43,055 bases of DNA, from positions 1 through 43,055 of the forward strand of contig CAKUVB010000001.1 of NCBI GenBank assembly GCA_934693215.1, written 5' to 3'. The translations under genes and the position numbers were made by a program. The notes beneath the pieces are model-generated. The model was not told the origin of the DNA and did not search any database. It saw only the letters and a list, made by a program, of their open reading frames with translations. Positions 17,232-27,060 of this stretch are shown here, piece after piece. Position 1 is the stretch's first letter. The number at the start of each line of letters is the position of its first letter. This DNA comes from an uncultured Candidatus Melainabacteria bacterium (GTDB taxonomy: Bacteria; Cyanobacteriota; Vampirovibrionia; Gastranaerophilales; Gastranaerophilaceae).

Positions 17232-20200
17232 TTACTCATGTTTTTGTTGCTCTTTGAACATTTCTTCTAGAATGTTCAATTTTTCAACAATCTGAGGTTG
17301 TGTAATTAATGTATCTAACTGAGAACGAATTAAATCCGTTAGATTATAGCTATATTCTGCTGATCTTTTATCTGTTTGTCTATCTATCATCTCTGCCATT
17401 GTATTTGTCAGAACATTTGGGAATGTTTCTAAATCTAATTTTTTAGAATGAATAAACACACCCTCTAATTTATCAAAAGGTTTTGATGCAGAAAAACCTG
17501 TTTTACTCTTAACATTTGAATTATTATCATATACATAAAGTTGTGGTATTATATCCGGTAATACTTTTTTTGAATCATTTTCAGCAATTAATTGTATAGC
17601 TTCATTAAGTATTTGTAATTGTTTTGATTGTCGCTCTGTTGGTCGTACAGAATGCGGTCTATGTAGTTTCTCATACAATTCATGTGCATCAGGAATACCT
17701 ATACCTCTACCTTCATTATCACAGAAGATATATCCTTGTTCTCTAAAGAAATCTTCTTCTTTTGGAGCAAGGTTGCGAGAATATTCACTATTAATTTTAT
17801 CTACAGTAACAACTTTTTTATCACCAAAATCTATATTCATTTTTCTATTTTTTGCTTCTCTAAGAACTGCAACTGCAAATTGATATGAAAGATTCTTTTT
17901 CTGAGAAGAAACATTAAATATTTTGCTTTTTGCATCTTTACTCATAAGAATTGGTTCTAATACTTCAAGAGCTTTTAACAATTCAGCATCAGATAATGTT
18001 TTGAGATAAGCAGAGGATAATTCTCGCATTTGACGAGCCTCTATTGACATTCTATCTCTAGTTGTATTCAAATCTATTGTATAACCGACTTTGTTTTTAA
18101 ACTCATCACCAAAAGCTGCTTGTTTAAATACAATAGTCATATCTTGCATACCGCCTTCCATTTTTTTGTCAGGGGTTTGGAATCTTTGTATATAATATAA
18201 GTTTCCGTTATGTTCAGGAGTAACTTTAAATCCAAAGAACTCATTTTCAACATCTAAATCTTTGAAATCAGGGTTATGCGGATTATAGAAATAATTTTTT
18301 GATTCCATAATCATTTTCACAAGATTTTCGTCTGTGGTATCAAATTCTACATAATTACCATCAAGTCGTTCAGGTTGTTTTGTCAAAGTTCTTAAAACTG
18401 ATGCATTTTCTTTATTGTTTTTATCAGAGTTTGTAAAATCCATTTGCCAATCAGCACAAGCAAATCTGACTCTATCCGAACCTTTCGCAAGCAAACTGCC
18501 AGCTATAATACGGCTACCTTCTCCGTAACCACCTGCATCTTTAGGATTATCCTTGTCAGAGCCACCAAGACGTTTCAAATGATGATAATCATAAATACCC
18601 TTACCATCTATTCTAACTGTATATGTACCGTTCTCGTTTTTATTAACTTTTATATCTACACCTTCAAGTGTATGACCATTTCCATCATAGAAATTTTGCA
18701 TCAAATCTCTAGCAATTTTTTCATTACTCCAATCTCTTTTTTCGGCATAAGAAACTGTCATTCTTGCTTGAACAGTTTTATTCAAATCCCTATCATTTTC
18801 TACGTTAGGTATTTCAGAAATTTTAGGATTTAATCCACCTGAATCAGCAATATTTATTTCAACATGCCCGTTATCCTCCAACTCTTTCATTGTTGTTTCT
18901 GTAGATTTGAGAGTTGTGTATGTATCATGTTTCTCAGGAATATATTCTTGATATTTAAGTGAGTTAGCTTTTTTAGGTTTCGTAACTGTTTCTGTTTCAA
19001 TTGCTGTTTCTACAGGCATTTCTGCTTTATTTCGTCTTAATATCCTATTAATAAAAGATTTTGCAAAACGTTTTATACCTGTTAAGTTAAATCTAGAAGT
19101 TATTTTGTGATTTTCTTCAAAGGTTTTTAATTTCGATTTATCAAAATCTAAAACTGCTTTATTATTTCCATCTGAAAGTTGTTTTTTAGATGTATACATA
19201 TCTTCTGATTCTGAAGATTTTTCCGGTACTACATATTCTTTATATTCAACAGGTGTTGATATCAATTGTTCTATAGATTGTTTATATTCTTCTGGTTCAA
19301 AATTATCATCTCTAATTATTTCTGTTTCTATTTTTTCCTTATACTGTTCACTTTTTACTTCATTAAAAAGTTTTGATAAAACTTGGAATTTTTTAATCGC
19401 ATTTGGATTATGCATCAAAACATTTGTAATATGCGATTGCATCTCAATTAATTGTTCAGAAAATCTTTCTGACGTATCCGGACCTATTTTGTGAGAAATT
19501 TCATGTAAAAATGTAGATAAATTTTCTACATAATTCTGTAATAACAAGTGACTATCACGCATCCAGTGACCTTGATATTCTCTGTTTTCAATAATTGCTT
19601 CAGCACCTTCATTTAAAGCACCACCTTCACCAAACATATATGTTGGTTTGCCGACTTCATCGCTATTTAATAAATTTTGTGTTCTTGTATCTGTACATTC
19701 TTGCAATATACGAACCCCTTCTTCTAACAGTCTGATTTGTTTAGATTGAGCCTCAGTAGGTTTATGTGGCATTTTAGATTCATCAACACTTGTAAGACTT
19801 GGCATACCAACATCTTTCATTTCTTCTACTGCAAGTTTATATCCCATTAGTTTTGCCATTTCTATAGTTTCAGGAGAAGCAAGTTTACTCATATATACAT
19901 ATCTGGAATCCTTGAAATCTATACCTAGACCACGTTCTTTTGCTTCTTGAATAAAAGGCATAAACATTGTATTGGATTGTTTATCTTCACTAATTTTCCA
20001 AAAATTTTCCATTGAAGAAATTGTTTGCGTAAGTTCTTCATCACTCATTGATTTTATATATCGAGATAAAATGCGATTAATATCACTTGACGGAATTTGA
20101 GCTCTATCAACACCTGTGCCAAGTTTAAAATCTGTTCCTCCATCTTTCTCTACAAGTGTTGGGTGGTTCGGCTGTGTCTTAAATACAATAGTAACACCAT

Positions 20201-23200
20201 CAAGTCCATTATCAGAAGTATAATTAGTTTCATATCGTTGTATTAAATATATATTACCACTTCTTTTTTGAGGTAACAATTTAATACCAAAAAACTCATT
20301 TTCAAAATCAAAGTTTTGAAAATCCGGATTATGCGGGTGATTAAAATAATCTTGAGCATCAAGAATATTTTTAACCATATAAATATTATCAGTTTCAAAT
20401 TCAACCGTAGACCCTTTCACTTTTGATTCATTTTGAGAAAGAGTTTGTGTCATATATGCAGATTTCAAATCATCAGAAGAACGACCATAAGTCATTGTCC
20501 AATCTCCTGATGCATATTTAACATTTTTTATATCAGGTTTAGAAAGTAGGCTTACAGCAACGGCTCTTGTTCCTTCACCATATCCACCGGCATCTAATGG
20601 ATTATGTTTTGTAGATGACCCCATTTTATCAAGATGAGCATAATCCCAACTGCTTTCACCTGAGATTTTTATTCTGTATGTTCCATTTTCTGTTTTGTTT
20701 ACTTCAATATCAACACCTTCAAGTGTATGACCATGACCGTCATAATAATTTTGAAGAATATCACGTGCTATTTTGAAATTACTCCATTGTAATTTTGTAC
20801 CATAGCGAATTTTTATATCTGCATCTTCTTCAACATTAAGACGTTCTCTATCCTCAGGGTGTATTATTGCATCATAAGGTTGTACTTTTACTCCACCTTC
20901 GTTAGGAATAGATAGTTTAACATGACCTGTATCCTTCAATTGAGCCATAAGCTCTCTTGTTGAAGGCAGTAAATCAACATTTACTCTTGGTTTTTTAGGT
21001 AATTTTTCAAATGGGTTTATTTTTGAAGGAGTATATTTATCCTCAAAAGAAGAATACATATTTCGTTTATCTATGCTTTCTGCAATAAGTTTAGCAGCCT
21101 CTACAGGGTCATAATCGACAGGTTCTGCCATTTTTTCTCGCATTTGAGATTCATATACTTCGACATCAACAGGTTCTTCTACTCTCACCTCTAGAGGTGT
21201 AACAAGCCTGTTAAAATCTTTGTCTGACATATTTAATATTCTTTGCCAATCACCAAATTTATACGTTTCTGATAATATATTTTGTCTTGTTTCAAAATTA
21301 GCTTTCTTTTGTTCAAATTCTTTGTCATCACAATTAAGGAATTCGAATACTTCACTATTATCAATAGATTTATTCTTATAAGCATTTTCTAACATTGAAA
21401 GAATTTCTCTTTGAGCAAGTTTAGAATAATCAAGCTCTAACAATTTATCTTTTTGTGCAGAATTACAATACAAATTTTGTATCAAGTCAATTTCATTTGT
21501 TTCAAGTAATGGATAATAACCCTCAAATCTCTGAATTATCGCATTTCGTTTAGTTTCATTTTCATTACAAGTTAATGCATAGTTTAAATCGGCAATTTGT
21601 CTATTTCTAGATGGAAAATATTGACTAAGATTTCTAGATGCCTGTTCAAGCTCTGAAACACCTTTAGTATAATATGGTAATTCCTTTAGGATTTGATTGA
21701 TAACTCTTTGTTCATCATCGTTTAATTTTTCATTTCTTATGTCACTAGAACCTGAACTTAGTAAAGATTCTTCACTACAATATTCCTCCAAATCCTTAAA
21801 ATCTTCAGGGGCAATATGGTTTTTCAAGATTTCTATATAATCATGTTTTAGTTTATTAAGTCTTTCAAACTTTGAAATCCTATATATACCATTATTAACA
21901 TTATTTATAAATCTCGCTTCTGCTTCTTTATCTTGAACAAAACTCAACAATTTTTCTGTTTGTTTCTCTGGAACTTGTCCATTTTCTTCAATTACTCTTG
22001 CAAGCTCTATATTATTTTTATTAATAGATCGAATACTTGAACGATTTAAATGAGTCAATACATCAATATTATCTTTTACAAAATCTTTATCCCAAGACTG
22101 TCTGTTTAATTTGGTTAAAATTGTACTTACATTTTCAGGGTGGCCATCATTATTGATATATGTTTTTTCAACAAGTTCTTGTGCAATATCGAAATTTTCT
22201 TTATTTGTCTTTGATAAAGTTTCATAAACATATTCTTTAGGTATATTTCTACCTTTTATCATATCTAATATTTGTGTTTTTGATGGAATATCTTCCATTT
22301 TTAAATTTCTATATGGAAGCCATTCTTCTTCAGCTTTATCACCTCTTAAATCTTTTGTTAAGTCATAAAACTGCTTTATTGCATCAGCATCACTATTTTC
22401 AAGTCCTTCTTTGACTTGTGCAAACCAATCTTGTGAAATATTTTCTTCGTTTGCAAAATTATCATATAATTTTTTGAACTGAGAATAATTTCTGTCATTT
22501 ATAAATATCATATGTTGTCCAAATATATTATCATTATGAATAATATTTGAATATTTACCTGCTTTTGCGTCTTTATAAAATTCTAACATTACTTTTTGGA
22601 CATCAGAAGGCGAACTTGCAATAAAAGTTCCATCTAACAAGTCTATTTTTTCTAAATCCGAACCAAAAGCTTTTATCAAGTTATTTGTACTCTCAGCATT
22701 ATCTGAAACACTAACTGCATATAAAATATCTGATTTTAGTTCGTCAGAAATATTATCTTTGCTCCTCAACGTATCTATTAATTCTTTGAAATCGGCTATA
22801 TTTTTTGAATTAATATGTCCAACAACTTCATGCCCGTCAGGAAACATTTTTTTGCCTTCTTCGGTGTTTATCCAATCAAAAATTTCTTTGACGGCAGATA
22901 AATCTTCAGGTTTGGAAATCTTCTCTATTTCTGATAATCCCATTAAATTTTGAGGAGTTTCATCACCCTTAAACTCTTTAATAAAATCTGCTTTTTGTTG
23001 CTCAAAATTCTCTGCCGTAATTAACTGAGTATTATTTTCCGAAGCTTTACTTTGTTTATGTGTATTTTCTTCGTTTATTCTATCTTCATTTCTTTCACCA
23101 TCATGTCTAACTGTTGCAGAAAGAACAGTTTTTGTAGGGTCAAAGTCTTGAGGGTTTTGTTCATTATCAGGAGTAACAGATTCTTCATTATTCGTAGAAG

Positions 23201-24725
23201 GTTTTATGTTGCTAGCCATATCAAATTGCATAATGACATTACATTTCGCAATAACTTCTTCCATTGTCAAAACATTACTTTTACTGCCATCAGGCATTGT
23301 TAATTCAAAAGAAGTTTTGCCATTATCTGTTTTCTTTTCAACTTTTATATTATTAAGTGTTTCACATTTAGACAAATTGTCTTTGATAATATTATTTCTA
23401 ATATCGGCAGTTCCTTTGTGCATAAATATCAATTTAGAAATAGCTTTTATCTCAGCAAGATTTGTCGCTTGTCCTTTAAAATGCTTCCACAAATATTTTG
23501 CTAAACCTTCTTCTGTCAAATCTTTTGGAAGATGTCTTTCTCCGTTTTCATCTTTTTTGAGTAATTCTTTTGTAACCTCATTAGCCGTTTCGTACATAGT
23601 AAACCCTGATATCTCAGCTAACATGCCGGCAGAATTTGCAACTACACCCGGACCTTGTTTGGTGAGAAAGGTTTGCATAATATCTTTACCTGTTAGAGAA
23701 GAGGATTTATCAAGAGTTTTTGCTAAGTTTTTAGTGACTGCATGAGAAACAGGTTTTTCTAAAAGTTTTGTCGTTCCTGCAACAACTTTACCAACAACGG
23801 TAGAACTTAATAACCCTGCAAAAGCACCAAATTTAGCGGATTCAATATTCCCCTGTTTGTATGCTGCCCATTCGTTAGCAGCATCTTCTCCTGAAAGTTG
23901 GATATCTTTTGTTTTAAGATTGATATAGTTCTTGCTTGCGTCCCATATTGAAAAAGTAGCACTTTGCATAGCCATAGCACCTAAAACAGCACCTACGGTT
24001 ACTTTGTTGCCACCAACCTTCATAAGACCTTTTGCAGATATATTTTTAAGAACTTTTGGTATATATGGAGATATCTTTTTACCAATCGCACCTACACCTT
24101 TGCCAAGTCCTTTGCTGATTAAACCTGTTCCAAGTAACATAATTACGATATCTGCGGCACCGTCTATGTATTCTTGATACTTAACTTTTTTGAGTGCGTT
24201 GTTCACAATTTTGTTTTCGTATGAAACATTACCGTTTTTATCAGTTTTTTCAACATTATATGCTTTTTCATAAGAAGCAGTCCAATCCTCACCATTAGAT
24301 GCGTTGACTAAAAACTCTTTCATTGCATCTTCATCATATTCTTTGCCGGTGAACTCCTTAAACTCACGTTTAAAATCGCCTTCGTGGTTGGCTACATATT
24401 CAAGCCTGTTTGTCGCAAATTCTTTTTCTTGTTCAAGGGTTTTGATAGCTGTATCACAGCAGAGCTTTATGTCTGTAATATTATTGTTCTTTAAAAATTT
24501 ACCGAGTTTTTCTCTATAAAACCCTGCATTCAATACCCCTTGATTACCTTGATATTGTTTGAGAGTATTTATTGCATTATCATACGCAATGGAGATGTTT
24601 TGAGCAGCAGCCTTCCTTATCTCAAGCTTTTGTTGCTCAGAATCTTGTTCTTGTGAGATATTACCTACCTTTGATGCTTTGTTCAATGCATTGGAAGATA
24701 TGTTATTCCCATCTACACTTACCAA
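17232..24725 (-). CDS. giant hypothetical protein, 2,497 aa; N-terminal hydrophobic-helix region, long helical middle, two tandem GHKL-ATPase-like modules
   Basis: Uninterrupted 7.5-kb ORF. TTG start with AAGGAG (24733-24738) 7 nt upstream. The internal duplication and motifs are described under findings. No signal peptide. Confidence 0.85.
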   Translation of the reverse strand: MVSVDGNNISSNALNKASKVGNISQEQDSEQQKLEIRKAAAQNISIAYDNAINTLKQYQGNQGVLNAGFYREKLGKFLKNNNITDIKLCCDTAIKTLEQEKEFATNRLEYVANHEGDFKREFKEFTGKEYDEDAMKEFLVNASNGEDWTASYEKAYNVEKTDKNGNVSYENKIVNNALKKVKYQEYIDGAADIVIMLLGTGLISKGLGKGVGAIGKKISPYIPKVLKNISAKGLMKVGGNKVTVGAVLGAMAMQSATFSIWDASKNYINLKTKDIQLSGEDAANEWAAYKQGNIESAKFGAFAGLLSSTVVGKVVAGTTKLLEKPVSHAVTKNLAKTLDKSSSLTGKDIMQTFLTKQGPGVVANSAGMLAEISGFTMYETANEVTKELLKKDENGERHLPKDLTEEGLAKYLWKHFKGQATNLAEIKAISKLIFMHKGTADIRNNIIKDNLSKCETLNNIKVEKKTDNGKTSFELTMPDGSKSNVLTMEEVIAKCNVIMQFDMASNIKPSTNNEESVTPDNEQNPQDFDPTKTVLSATVRHDGERNEDRINEENTHKQSKASENNTQLITAENFEQQKADFIKEFKGDETPQNLMGLSEIEKISKPEDLSAVKEIFDWINTEEGKKMFPDGHEVVGHINSKNIADFKELIDTLRSKDNISDELKSDILYAVSVSDNAESTNNLIKAFGSDLEKIDLLDGTFIASSPSDVQKVMLEFYKDAKAGKYSNIIHNDNIFGQHMIFINDRNYSQFKKLYDNFANEENISQDWFAQVKEGLENSDADAIKQFYDLTKDLRGDKAEEEWLPYRNLKMEDIPSKTQILDMIKGRNIPKEYVYETLSKTNKENFDIAQELVEKTYINNDGHPENVSTILTKLNRQSWDKDFVKDNIDVLTHLNRSSIRSINKNNIELARVIEENGQVPEKQTEKLLSFVQDKEAEARFINNVNNGIYRISKFERLNKLKHDYIEILKNHIAPEDFKDLEEYCSEESLLSSGSSDIRNEKLNDDEQRVINQILKELPYYTKGVSELEQASRNLSQYFPSRNRQIADLNYALTCNENETKRNAIIQRFEGYYPLLETNEIDLIQNLYCNSAQKDKLLELDYSKLAQREILSMLENAYKNKSIDNSEVFEFLNCDDKEFEQKKANFETRQNILSETYKFGDWQRILNMSDKDFNRLVTPLEVRVEEPVDVEVYESQMREKMAEPVDYDPVEAAKLIAESIDKRNMYSSFEDKYTPSKINPFEKLPKKPRVNVDLLPSTRELMAQLKDTGHVKLSIPNEGGVKVQPYDAIIHPEDRERLNVEEDADIKIRYGTKLQWSNFKIARDILQNYYDGHGHTLEGVDIEVNKTENGTYRIKISGESSWDYAHLDKMGSSTKHNPLDAGGYGEGTRAVAVSLLSKPDIKNVKYASGDWTMTYGRSSDDLKSAYMTQTLSQNESKVKGSTVEFETDNIYMVKNILDAQDYFNHPHNPDFQNFDFENEFFGIKLLPQKRSGNIYLIQRYETNYTSDNGLDGVTIVFKTQPNHPTLVEKDGGTDFKLGTGVDRAQIPSSDINRILSRYIKSMSDEELTQTISSMENFWKISEDKQSNTMFMPFIQEAKERGLGIDFKDSRYVYMSKLASPETIEMAKLMGYKLAVEEMKDVGMPSLTSVDESKMPHKPTEAQSKQIRLLEEGVRILQECTDTRTQNLLNSDEVGKPTYMFGEGGALNEGAEAIIENREYQGHWMRDSHLLLQNYVENLSTFLHEISHKIGPDTSERFSEQLIEMQSHITNVLMHNPNAIKKFQVLSKLFNEVKSEQYKEKIETEIIRDDNFEPEEYKQSIEQLISTPVEYKEYVVPEKSSESEDMYTSKKQLSDGNNKAVLDFDKSKLKTFEENHKITSRFNLTGIKRFAKSFINRILRRNKAEMPVETAIETETVTKPKKANSLKYQEYIPEKHDTYTTLKSTETTMKELEDNGHVEINIADSGGLNPKISEIPNVENDRDLNKTVQARMTVSYAEKRDWSNEKIARDLMQNFYDGNGHTLEGVDIKVNKNENGTYTVRIDGKGIYDYHHLKRLGGSDKDNPKDAGGYGEGSRIIAGSLLAKGSDRVRFACADWQMDFTNSDKNNKENASVLRTLTKQPERLDGNYVEFDTTDENLVKMIMESKNYFYNPHNPDFKDLDVENEFFGFKVTPEHNGNLYYIQRFQTPDKKMEGGMQDMTIVFKQAAFGDEFKNKVGYTIDLNTTRDRMSIEARQMRELSSAYLKTLSDAELLKALEVLEPILMSKDAKSKIFNVSSQKKNLSYQFAVAVLREAKNRKMNIDFGDKKVVTVDKINSEYSRNLAPKEEDFFREQGYIFCDNEGRGIGIPDAHELYEKLHRPHSVRPTERQSKQLQILNEAIQLIAENDSKKVLPDIIPQLYVYDNNSNVKSKTGFSASKPFDKLEGVFIHSKKLDLETFPNVLTNTMAEMIDRQTDKRSAEYSYNLTDLIRSQLDTLITQPQIVEKLNILEEMFKEQQKHE
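17235..18908 (-). repeat. module B of the intragenic tandem duplication (aa ~1940-2497)
   Basis: Aligns by eye with module A along its length. Contains ARDLMQNFYDG (nt 18682-18713) and DAGGYGEGS. Confidence 0.8.
19290..20969 (-). repeat. module A of the intragenic tandem duplication (aa ~1253-1812)
   Basis: Contains ARDILQNYYDG (nt 20737-20768), DAGGYGEGT (D codon at 20592-20594) and HEISH (19491-19505). Confidence 0.8.
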
Positions 24726-24825
24726 TTACTTACTCCTTATACTCCATTTGTTACATGGGTTTACGGCAAGGTTGAGAATTTCTTTAGGAATATAACGAAT
24801 TTATTTACAAAAATTAAAATATTGC

Positions 24826-24857
24826 ATAAAAAAAACTCCTCGTGGGAAATGAGGAGT
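24826..24857 (-). terminator. intrinsic terminator ending the grpE-dnaJ-propeller-methyltransferase unit
   Basis: 7-bp stem ACTCCTC / GAGGAGT with a 9-nt loop. On the minus strand it is followed by an 8-U run. It separates that operon from the giant gene. Confidence 0.65.
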
Positions 24858-25057
24858 AAAACTAGAATTAGGAAGGGAATTAGGGTATTTAAAAAATCTT
24901 TTTTATAATCTCTTATCGATTACATATATATAAAGTATATACATATAACCCAATTTCAAGTTGTGTTATATTTGTTACAAAACTTAATATCCTTGTCTAA
25001 AAATCACTATTAGCAAGGAATCTCTAAAAATTAATAACTACCCAACATTATAAATTA

Positions 25058-25612
25058 CTAATTATTTTTATAAGAAACAGCAAGTCCGGCTGGCAAATCC
25101 AAAATTTCGGTTTGGAAATCACTATCAGACATAATAGCATCAAGATATGTTTGCACTTTTTCTCTATGAGAATTTACATTATCTGCAGCTATTATTGCAT
25201 TGGGTAGTAAATGCGGTTTGATTAATTCAAAGTTTTTTACATACTCTCGTTTATTGGCATCAATAAAAACAAAATCGAATTTTTTATCTGAATCAAAGTT
25301 CTCCATAATATCACACGCAGAACCCAATAAAGGAGTGTACATGCCGGCAAATCCACATTTATCATAATTTGCTCTGGCAACACTTTGACGTTTATCATAA
25401 TATTCTATAGTTGTTAAATGACCTTTTGTAACTTTTAGAGCATCAAGAAACCATAAACCTGAATATCCGTTTGATGTTCCAACCTCAAGAACACTTTTGG
25501 AATTACTAATTTTCACCAACATATTCAAGAAATTTCCTGTTGCTCTTGAAACATTCCAAAAATCTTTTTGTGTTTTTTCTAACTCAACTAAGGTTTCTTC
25601 TAATATACTCAT
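25058..25612 (-). CDS. class I SAM-dependent O-methyltransferase (caffeoyl-CoA OMT / YrrM-like)
   Basis: VLEVGTSNGYSGLWF (SAM motif I) and FDFVFIDANKREY are typical of the Methyltransf_3 family. Confidence 0.8.
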   Translation of the reverse strand: MSILEETLVELEKTQKDFWNVSRATGNFLNMLVKISNSKSVLEVGTSNGYSGLWFLDALKVTKGHLTTIEYYDKRQSVARANYDKCGFAGMYTPLLGSACDIMENFDSDKKFDFVFIDANKREYVKNFELIKPHLLPNAIIAADNVNSHREKVQTYLDAIMSDSDFQTEILDLPAGLAVSYKNN

Positions 25613-25614
25613 AA

Positions 25615-27060
25615 TTAAATCTTTCTTATATTTTTACCAACAATAATATGACTAGCAGGCATATCAAGAGGGTTTGTCTTTATAACCATTTTCTTATTCA
25701 AATCCAAAACCGAATACTTACCAGCTTTCGCATCAGAAATCAAAACCAACGATGTATTAGGTATCAATGTCATTGAAGTTGGAAAACCATTTGTGCTTAA
25801 TAATATGTTTGCAACAGGTTCATCAGTTGTTCTATCGATAACCTGTACTACATTATCCTCTGCACCCAACACATACAAGAACTTGCCATAAACTACCATA
25901 TCAACAGGTTTTTTAACTGTTTCGAATTCTGATAACAATGTTTGGTTTTTATAATCTAAAACTGCTATTCTATTTTTAGTTCTACTTGCAAGATACAAAT
26001 TACCATTTTCATACGCAAGTTTTGAAATATTAGGATAAGAGCCTAAATCCTTCAAAGTATATTCATTACCAAGCTCTATACTCCAAATTTTGTTTGTAAA
26101 TCTATCAACATAAATAAGATAATCATCATTCAATATCATACGTTCACATCTGCCATTAACCTTTATTTTTTTCTTCAAGGCCATATCTGACAAAGCAACT
26201 TGATAAATAGTATTAGCTACAGGACTTGAAACGTAAGCAACATTGCGTTTGCTATCCATTACTATTTCACCACCATTTGTAGTTAAATCTAACTGTTTGA
26301 TTATTCTATCATCAGCTAAAGATATTACATCTACAAGAGTTGAATTATATGCAGTAACTAACAAAAACTTGTTATCTGGAGTAATAGCTACACAATTAGG
26401 AATAGATTTTTGTGCCAATGCGTAAGCCGGTGTTTTAGATTCACCTTTTACGACCTGAATATTTTTTGTATAACAAGTTGAAATATAAAGAGTCTTGTCC
26501 TTCAACTGTGGAATTGTTGAAACAAGATTTGCCGGTTTTATATTATTAACAGTAACAACTTTATCATAATTAATCTTTGTTGCTGCAACTTTTATTTCTT
26601 CAGCTGGTGCAATTTTTATATCCAAATTCCCTGTAATACTTTTCAAGTTTTCAGGAATAATAAGATTCTTAGGTACAAGCATATCTTGTGGCAAAAGACC
26701 TGATTTAACCTCTACAGGCGGTTTGTCAAACTTCTTGATAGTTTTTGTACCGTTTTGATTCACAATAACCTTCAAAAGTACAAAATCGTTATTAAAAACA
26801 ACTACATCAGGACATTTTTGAAGTGGAGTTTTAGCCGGATATGTTGTTTGAACCTCAAACTTTTCCGGCGTTTTTATTTTTGCGGGATACAACGGTAAAT
26901 AAACCGTTCCATCTTGCAATATAATAACACCATCAAATCTTATATCAGCCGTTGGAAAAGTCTTCTTTAACATTGATTGAACATCATCTGGTAACTTTGC
27001 TGCCAATGTTGACGCAGAAGTTAAACACAAAACGATAAGTGAAAGAAGAAATTTTTTCAT
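25615..27060 (-). CDS. secreted protein with C-terminal YncE/YVTN-like beta-propeller repeats
   Basis: Signal peptide MKKFLLSLIVLCLTSASTLAA. The C-terminal ~300 aa show repeated beta-strand-rich units (..YVSSPVANTIYQV.., ..LYVLGAEDNVVQVID..). The fold call is tentative. Confidence 0.6.
   Translation of the reverse strand: MKKFLLSLIVLCLTSASTLAAKLPDDVQSMLKKTFPTADIRFDGVIILQDGTVYLPLYPAKIKTPEKFEVQTTYPAKTPLQKCPDVVVFNNDFVLLKVIVNQNGTKTIKKFDKPPVEVKSGLLPQDMLVPKNLIIPENLKSITGNLDIKIAPAEEIKVAATKINYDKVVTVNNIKPANLVSTIPQLKDKTLYISTCYTKNIQVVKGESKTPAYALAQKSIPNCVAITPDNKFLLVTAYNSTLVDVISLADDRIIKQLDLTTNGGEIVMDSKRNVAYVSSPVANTIYQVALSDMALKKKIKVNGRCERMILNDDYLIYVDRFTNKIWSIELGNEYTLKDLGSYPNISKLAYENGNLYLASRTKNRIAVLDYKNQTLLSEFETVKKPVDMVVYGKFLYVLGAEDNVVQVIDRTTDEPVANILLSTNGFPTSMTLIPNTSLVLISDAKAGKYSVLDLNKKMVIKTNPLDMPASHIIVGKNIRKI

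Noticed and set aside
23206-23745. 179-aa plus-strand ORF, together with other plus-strand ORFs at 17682, 18444, 22759, 23052, 23932, 24304 and 24572, lying inside the giant gene
   Set aside because: All are antisense shadows of the 7.5-kb minus-strand ORF. Their translations are Phe/Ser/Ile/Leu-rich and low in complexity, they lack SD sequences, and the opposite frame is the one carrying the conserved duplicated motifs.
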